Source: Alphaproteobacteria bacterium (GTDB taxonomy: Bacteria; Pseudomonadota; Alphaproteobacteria; RF32; CAG-239). Taken from it: a DNA stretch of 64,000 bases. This document shows, piece after piece, positions 58,222 to 64,000 of this stretch. Location of the stretch: the NCBI GenBank assembly GCA_017465945.1, contig JAFTVD010000023.1, positions 37,104 through 101,103 of the forward strand, read 5' to 3'. Below the pieces are notes generated by a model that made no database searches, had not been told where the DNA came from, and was given only the letters and a program-made list of their open reading frames with translations. The number at the start of each line of letters is the position of its first letter. Position 1 is the first letter of the stretch. A program made the translations under genes and the position numbers.

Positions 58222-59154
58222 ATGCTTATTGATAAACAATTATTGGAGATTAGAGAGAAGTTTCGTGATTTTTATAATCAAAATCTAATAGATGATTATA
58301 AAGAATTAGAACAAATTAGGAAGAAAAAATTATTGAAATTTATTATTTGGGTAATTGTTGGAGTGTTTGTGTGTGGTTTATTTAATAGTTTTTTAGATAG
58401 AGATGGGGTATATACTGATAACGAAGTAAAAGCTTTCGTAGCGGTAGTTTGTTTTTTTTATGTTACTTTATATAGTATATATAATAATTTTTTAAAAGCA
58501 ACAAAACAGGCTGTTATGGATAAAATATTATCATTTTTTGGTGATATGGCATATGGTATGAGCGATATACATTACAGCTGTATTAATAAAAGTGAATTAT
58601 TCCCAAATTTTGATTTTGAAGAGATTGATGATTGTTTTAAGGGGAGTTATGAGGAAGTAAATATTAATGTATCAGAACATAAACTAATTAGAGGAACAGG
58701 AAAAAGAGAGAAAACTATTTTTAAGGGTATATTTATTTTATTTGATTTTAATAAGAAATTTAAGGGAAAAACTATAGTTTATTCTAATAATATTATTAAT
58801 AATACTTTTTCTTGTGTTAGAGGTAAAAAAGTAGATGTTAATTTGGAAGATGTTGTATTTTCAAAAGAGTGGAAAGTTAAAGCAACAGACCAAATTGAAG
58901 CCAGATATGTTTTAACACCTATGTTAATGGAGCAGATGTTAAAAATTAAAAAACTTTTTAAAGGTAATGGTATCGAGTTTAGTTTCTTTGATAATAAGTT
59001 ATTTATTGCAATTCCTACATATAAAAATTTGTTTGAAACGACTAGTTTATTTAGTTCAACTTTAGGGTATCATAGGGTGCAAAATGTTATTTATCAATTT
59101 TATTGTATTTTTTCGATAGTAAAAATATTAAAACTAAAAAAAGATGATAATTAA
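58222..59154 (+). CDS. DUF3137 family membrane protein
   Basis: Two TMs, [51 protein letters not shown]. Confidence 0.8.
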   Translation: MLIDKQLLEIREKFRDFYNQNLIDDYKELEQIRKKKLLKFIIWVIVGVFVCGLFNSFLDRDGVYTDNEVKAFVAVVCFFYVTLYSIYNNFLKATKQAVMDKILSFFGDMAYGMSDIHYSCINKSELFPNFDFEEIDDCFKGSYEEVNINVSEHKLIRGTGKREKTIFKGIFILFDFNKKFKGKTIVYSNNIINNTFSCVRGKKVDVNLEDVVFSKEWKVKATDQIEARYVLTPMLMEQMLKIKKLFKGNGIEFSFFDNKLFIAIPTYKNLFETTSLFSSTLGYHRVQNVIYQFYCIFSIVKILKLKKDDN

Positions 59155-59171
59155 TTGGAGAAATAAAAAAA

Positions 59172-59612
59172 ATGAAAAGAATTGAGATTTTTACTGATGG
59201 TGCATGTTCTGGTAATCCTGGAGCTGGTGGTTGGGGTGCTATTTTGAGATATGGAGATGTTGAAAAAGAGCTTTCTGGTGGAGAGGCTGAGACTACAAAT
59301 AACCGAATGGAATTAACTGCTGTTATTAAAGCATTAGAGGCACTAAAAGAGCCTTGCAATATCACACTTTATACAGATAGTCGCTATGTAATGGATGGAA
59401 TTGAGAAATGGATTTTTAATTGGAAAAAAACAGGCTGGAGAACATCTAATAAAAAAACTCCGGTTAAAAATGTTGAACTTTGGCAAAGATTAGATGAACT
59501 AAAAGCAAAGCACGAGATTAGATGGGTATGGGTTAAAGGACATGCAGGGCATAAAGAAAATGAAAGATGTGATGAACTTGCAAGAACGGAAGCAAGTAAG
59601 TTTAAGAGTTAA
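59172..59612 (+). CDS. rnhA: Ribonuclease HI
   Basis: [52 protein letters not shown]. Confidence 0.97.
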   Translation: MKRIEIFTDGACSGNPGAGGWGAILRYGDVEKELSGGEAETTNNRMELTAVIKALEALKEPCNITLYTDSRYVMDGIEKWIFNWKKTGWRTSNKKTPVKNVELWQRLDELKAKHEIRWVWVKGHAGHKENERCDELARTEASKFKS

Positions 59613-59642
59613 AAAAAAGAGCCTCCATACGGAGGCTTTTTT
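59611..59642. terminator. Bidirectional terminator
   Basis: A run, agcctcc-atac-ggaggct, T run. Confidence 0.75.
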
Positions 59643-59970
59643 AGCAGATTGCGTGAAGATGAAGTCTTACAGTTTCTCTGTATTTTCTTTCATAATCTTC
59701 TTCGCGGCCAACGGTGTGTTCTGAAAAGTTTTTTTCAAGATCTCTGAGGTGATATCTTAAATATTCTTGAAGACTATAAATTTCCCAATGCTTTAACGAG
59801 AGAGCATAGCGTTGGAATTTTTCAGCACTTTCTTTCATATCTTCTGTTGGAGTAAAATTCGTCCAAAGAAATTTGCCTAGTTTGAACATACCATTATCAT
59901 CTAGGTGCTTGGGATAACCTGCACCAAAACGCAAGTATATGCGTTTTAAGAAAAATAATACTTTTTTCAT
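59641..59970 (-). CDS. Hypothetical protein (orphan, SD-less leader)
   Basis: 109-aa ORF with TTGACA(60029-60034)-16-TAAAAT promoter. Confidence 0.55.
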   Translation of the reverse strand: MKKVLFFLKRIYLRFGAGYPKHLDDNGMFKLGKFLWTNFTPTEDMKESAEKFQRYALSLKHWEIYSLQEYLRYHLRDLEKNFSEHTVGREEDYERKYRETVRLHLHAIC

Positions 59971-60049
59971 ATATATAAATTAAAATTAATAATAAAATTT
60001 TGTGTCATTTTATATATTGTTTTATTTTTGTCAAGCTTTTTTGTTTATA

Positions 60050-61426
60050 TTATGGTTGCATTTTTTGATATATTTGGTGATATTCTTCTTTTATGTCTTT
60101 TAGTTTTCTTTTATATACATTTTTATAATATCCATACATTACAACTATTGAACCACCTAGCCATGCAAGTGGTGAAGCATAGTATATTCCTTCGTATCCA
60201 ATATGGGAAGCTAGTATTATGGCAGAAAAAGATCTGATGCCTAAATCTATAAAACAGGAAATTACTGGATATTTAGGTTTACCTAAACTTTGGAGGGTGT
60301 TTCTGAATATAAATATTGCACCTAAAAAGAAGTAGAATAAAATACTTATTCTTAAATATGATGCGCCAATATTAATCGTAAAACTATCAGGATTTTCTAG
60401 GAAAAGTCCAATTAATTTTGAACCAAAAATTAGAATACAAAAACTCATGACTATACTGATTAAAAAAGATGTTGCGAGTGCTTGTTTTACACCTTTTTTT
60501 ATGCGTCTTAAGCGCCCTGCTCCATAGTTTTGTGCTACAAATGTTGCCATTGCAAGTCCGATTGCAAGTAGTGGTTGGGTTGCAAGTTGCTCTATGCGTA
60601 AAGCGATAGTAAAACCAACAATAATTTTTTCACCAAAAGAATTACATACGGCTTGGATTATCATTATGCTTAAAGATAGTATAGAAAATTGTATAGACAT
60701 TGGGATAGCTATATTTAAGTGCTCTTTCATAAAGTCTTTGTTATATGTCCAATCTTGTTTTTTGATGTAGAGTATTGGGTAATATATTTTTATGTATATT
60801 AGGCAACAAATAACAGAGATAAATATGGCTAAAACTGTACCAAGAGCTGAACCTATTACACCTAGTTTTAATTGTTTTATGAATATTAAATTAAAAATTA
60901 TGTTCATTATGGTGGTAAATATTAAGAAATATAATGGGGTTCTGCTATCTCCTAATGCTCTAATGAAACCAAATAAAAGGTTTGAAAATATAATTAAAAT
61001 TAATGCAAATCCTAAGATTAAAATAAAGTTATATGAGTCTTTGAATATTGATTGAGGGATATTTAGTATTTTTAATAATGGAGTTAGTGTTATAAGCAAA
61101 ATAAAGGTTAGCCCTATTCCTAATATTAGGCTTGCACGAATAGAATGTGTAACAGAACGTCTAACTCCATCATAATCTTTGGCGCCAAAACGTTGAGCAG
61201 TTATTGCAGTTAGTCCTCCTGTGAAACTAAAGGCTATGATTAAAAATGTAAAAAATATGGGAGCTGATGCCCCAACTGCTGCAAGAGCATTTTCACCTAA
61301 AAGTCTTCCTACAATAAATATATCTGCTAGATGATATAATTGTTGAAAGATATTTCCAATTAAGATTGGTAATGAAAATAGTAAAATTAGCTTTAGGGGA
61401 TTACCCTTGGTCATATCTTGTATCAT
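60050..61426 (-). CDS. MATE family efflux transporter
   Basis: DMTKGNPLKLILLFSLP, GNIFQQLY, ALAAVG, GDSRTPL, AQNYGA; about 12 TMs. Confidence 0.93.
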   Translation of the reverse strand: MIQDMTKGNPLKLILLFSLPILIGNIFQQLYHLADIFIVGRLLGENALAAVGASAPIFFTFLIIAFSFTGGLTAITAQRFGAKDYDGVRRSVTHSIRASLILGIGLTFILLITLTPLLKILNIPQSIFKDSYNFILILGFALILIIFSNLLFGFIRALGDSRTPLYFLIFTTIMNIIFNLIFIKQLKLGVIGSALGTVLAIFISVICCLIYIKIYYPILYIKKQDWTYNKDFMKEHLNIAIPMSIQFSILSLSIMIIQAVCNSFGEKIIVGFTIALRIEQLATQPLLAIGLAMATFVAQNYGAGRLRRIKKGVKQALATSFLISIVMSFCILIFGSKLIGLFLENPDSFTINIGASYLRISILFYFFLGAIFIFRNTLQSLGKPKYPVISCFIDLGIRSFSAIILASHIGYEGIYYASPLAWLGGSIVVMYGYYKNVYKRKLKDIKEEYHQIYQKMQP

Positions 61427-61519
61427 TTTTTTATTCCTTTAGTTTGGCTTTTGTAAGATAGACGTATTTGTTTAATTTTCTACTAAATTTTATTAGGTGT
61501 GCAAAAAAAAAGGAAGGTT

Positions 61520-64000
61520 TTAACCTCCCTTTTTAGCTTTCTTTTTTAGATTTTCAAATAGGGTTTGTACCAAAACGTACATTAGTGGAATGATAAACAT
61601 ACCAATGGTGGTTGTTGCTATCATACCCCAAAATACTGGTATTCCTAGTGCTTTTCGGCTTTCGGCGGCTGCGCCTGTTGCTATTACCATTGGCCATACA
61701 CCTAATATGAAAGAAAATGCTGTCATCAATACTGCACGAAAACGCTCTTTTAAGCCAAGAAGGGCTGAATTTACAATAGTTTTTCTTTTTTCTCGTTCTG
61801 TTTTAGCAAATTCCACGATAAGGATTGCATTTTTTGCAGCAAGTCCGATTAGCAAGATTAAACCTAATTGGGCGTATATACTTAATGGTAGATTAGTAAA
61901 GAACAAGCCAAGCATTGCTCCGCACATAGCTACAACTAATGATAAAAGTACAGGAATTGGAATGATAAAACTTTCATATTGAGCAACTAAGAATAAATAT
62001 GCAAAAATGATTGCAAGCATTATTAAATAACCAATTTGCCCAGAACTTTGCTTTTCTTGGAAGCTCATTGTAGACCATTCTATGTTAAAGCCATGAGGAA
62101 GCTTTGATACGAGTTCTTCTACTTTTTTCATTGCATTACCTGTTGAAATTCCTGGAATTTGCACGGCGGTAATGGATGCTGATGGATATTGGTTATAACG
62201 TTCTACTTGACGAGGTGCTAGAATTTTCTTTAATTCTACTATTCCTCTTAAAGGTACCATATCGCCTTTTAGGTTTGGAACATATAGTTGATTTATGTTA
62301 TCGATACTTTCTCTATACATCCAATCTGACATCATGGTTACTTTATTTACTTGAGTACCTAAGTTTATATCATTGATGTATGATGAACCAAGATAGCTTT
62401 CTAGGGTTGCAAAGATATTTGATAATGGTACTTTTAGGCTTTCGGCTTTGTTTCTATCAATATCTACAAATATATTTGGAGTTTTGGAGGTATATGTTGT
62501 ATAGGCATAAGCAATTTCTGGTAATTGATTTATATTACCAAGAAAACCTTGAAGGGCGGCATCTAGTTTTTGATAGTCTATTTCTAGGCGTGATTGCAGT
62601 CTAATATCAAGTCCTCCTGCTGTACCAAGACCAGGGATTGCAGGCATTTCAAATAAGTTTATCTCGGCTTCTGGAAATGCTTGGAGTTTTTGTCTTAAAC
62701 GATTTAAGATTGCGGTTGAATATTCAGATGCTGATTTTCGTTTATTCCATGGTTTTAGAATAATAAATGCCATTCCTACGTTTTCGCCTCGTCCTCCCAT
62801 TAAACTAAATCCTACAACTTCGGAAACACCTTCTATGCTTGGTTCTGAACGAATTAGCTTAGATGCTTTATTGATTAGTGATAGGGTTCTTAATTTTGTT
62901 GCACCTTCTGGGAGTTGTAAACTCATAACAATTACACCTTGGTCTTCTTCTGGAATAAAAGATGATTGTGCAGTTTTGAATAAACCATAAAGAGCTAAGC
63001 TTAAAAAGGTTAATATCATTAAAATCAATGGTATTTTTTTGGCAACAAAAGATACGGCTATTGAATAGATATGAATTAGTTTGTTAATAAAGTTATTAAC
63101 CTTAAACCAAAAGCCTGATGTTATTGGTTCTGGTTTTTTTAATAATAATGAGCATAGTGCTGGTGATAAGGTTAATGCGTTTAATAGAGAAAACAATATT
63201 GCTGTTGATATGGTTACAGAAAATTGTTTATAGATTAAACCTGTGATACCATCTAAAAAGCCAACAGGAACAAAAATAGCAAGTAATACTAGAGACATAG
63301 CAACAAGTGCTCCTGATATTTCTGACATTGCTGTATAGGTTGCTTTTTTAGGAGACATATTTTCATTTTGCATTAGGTACATTACTCTTTCTACCACCAC
63401 AATCGCATCATCTACGACGACACCAATTGCTAAGAGAAGTGCGAATAATGTGAACATATTAATACTATAACCAAGTGCCAACATTACTGCAAATGTACCA
63501 AGTATTGATACTGGAATAGTAAGTGATGGAATTAAGGTTGAATTAAAATCTTGTAAAAAGAAGTAACATACTGCTATAACTAGAATCAATGTCATAATTA
63601 AAGTTACGACAACCTCTTTAATTGATGCGTCAATATATTTGGTTGAGTCATAACTTATTAGATACGTCATATCTTTCGGAAAATCTTTTGATAATTCTTG
63701 TAGGGTTTGTTTTACTTTTTCCATTGTTTCAACAGCATTGGCTCCTGATGATAAAGATATTGCCATTGGAACAGATGTTTTACCATTATAAAGACCTGCA
63801 AAACCATATTCTTCTTGCCCTATTTCTACACGAGCAATATCTTTTAGGTGGACAACACTTCCATTTGTATCTGTTCGTACGATTATTTCTTCAAATTCTT
63901 TGGGGGTGTTTAGTCGCCCTGTGGTTTGAAGTGCATATACAAGAGGTGTAGTATGTGATGTCGGGAATGCTCCTACTTTTCCAAGTGATGGTTGGTAGTT
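61520..64000 (-). CDS. RND efflux permease (AcrB/MexB/BepE family), 5' end outside the window
   Basis: [53 protein letters not shown]; frame stays open to 64000 ([11 protein letters not shown]). Confidence 0.95.
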   Translation of the reverse strand, partial: NYQPSLGKVGAFPTSHTTPLVYALQTTGRLNTPKEFEEIIVRTDTNGSVVHLKDIARVEIGQEEYGFAGLYNGKTSVPMAISLSSGANAVETMEKVKQTLQELSKDFPKDMTYLISYDSTKYIDASIKEVVVTLIMTLILVIAVCYFFLQDFNSTLIPSLTIPVSILGTFAVMLALGYSINMFTLFALLLAIGVVVDDAIVVVERVMYLMQNENMSPKKATYTAMSEISGALVAMSLVLLAIFVPVGFLDGITGLIYKQFSVTISTAILFSLLNALTLSPALCSLLLKKPEPITSGFWFKVNNFINKLIHIYSIAVSFVAKKIPLILMILTFLSLALYGLFKTAQSSFIPEEDQGVIVMSLQLPEGATKLRTLSLINKASKLIRSEPSIEGVSEVVGFSLMGGRGENVGMAFIILKPWNKRKSASEYSTAILNRLRQKLQAFPEAEINLFEMPAIPGLGTAGGLDIRLQSRLEIDYQKLDAALQGFLGNINQLPEIAYAYTTYTSKTPNIFVDIDRNKAESLKVPLSNIFATLESYLGSSYINDINLGTQVNKVTMMSDWMYRESIDNINQLYVPNLKGDMVPLRGIVELKKILAPRQVERYNQYPSASITAVQIPGISTGNAMKKVEELVSKLPHGFNIEWSTMSFQEKQSSGQIGYLIMLAIIFAYLFLVAQYESFIIPIPVLLSLVVAMCGAMLGLFFTNLPLSIYAQLGLILLIGLAAKNAILIVEFAKTEREKRKTIVNSALLGLKERFRAVLMTAFSFILGVWPMVIATGAAAESRKALGIPVFWGMIATTTIGMFIIPLMYVLVQTLFENLKKKAKKGG

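Overview
An AT-rich (roughly 30% GC by eye) bacterial chromosome segment. ccrM, hfq-hflX, the ppx-rlmE pairing, kdsB and CtrA-like boxes point to an alphaproteobacterium, probably a host- or gut-associated lineage (inference). Housekeeping genes (fhs, ccrM, two ppx/gppA paralogues, rlmE, glyQS, lon, uvrA, gltX, hfq, hflX, kdsB, murG, rmuC, thrS, rnhA, tRNA-Ser(CGA), MATE and RND transporters) are mixed with accessory loci: a three-gene glycosylation cassette, a roughly 1,880-aa cysteine-rich repeat autotransporter, a membrane-anchored lysozyme-like protein, an HEXXH lipoprotein, a Schlafen/AlbA_2 gene inside a lemA-DUF3137-like locus, the GGGtGRT/IscU-like pair and about seven small orphan genes with Shine-Dalgarno-free leaders. 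Non-coding signals of note: a candidate sRNA of about 270 nt after uvrA with a CCUCCUCC loop, a duplicated REP-like hairpin element before uvrA, a roughly 30-nt promoter motif shared by ccrM and hfq, and a palindrome-dense intergenic region near 50.6-50.9 kb. I saw no CRISPR array, integrase, transposase or rRNA. All assignments come from reading motifs; no searches were run.
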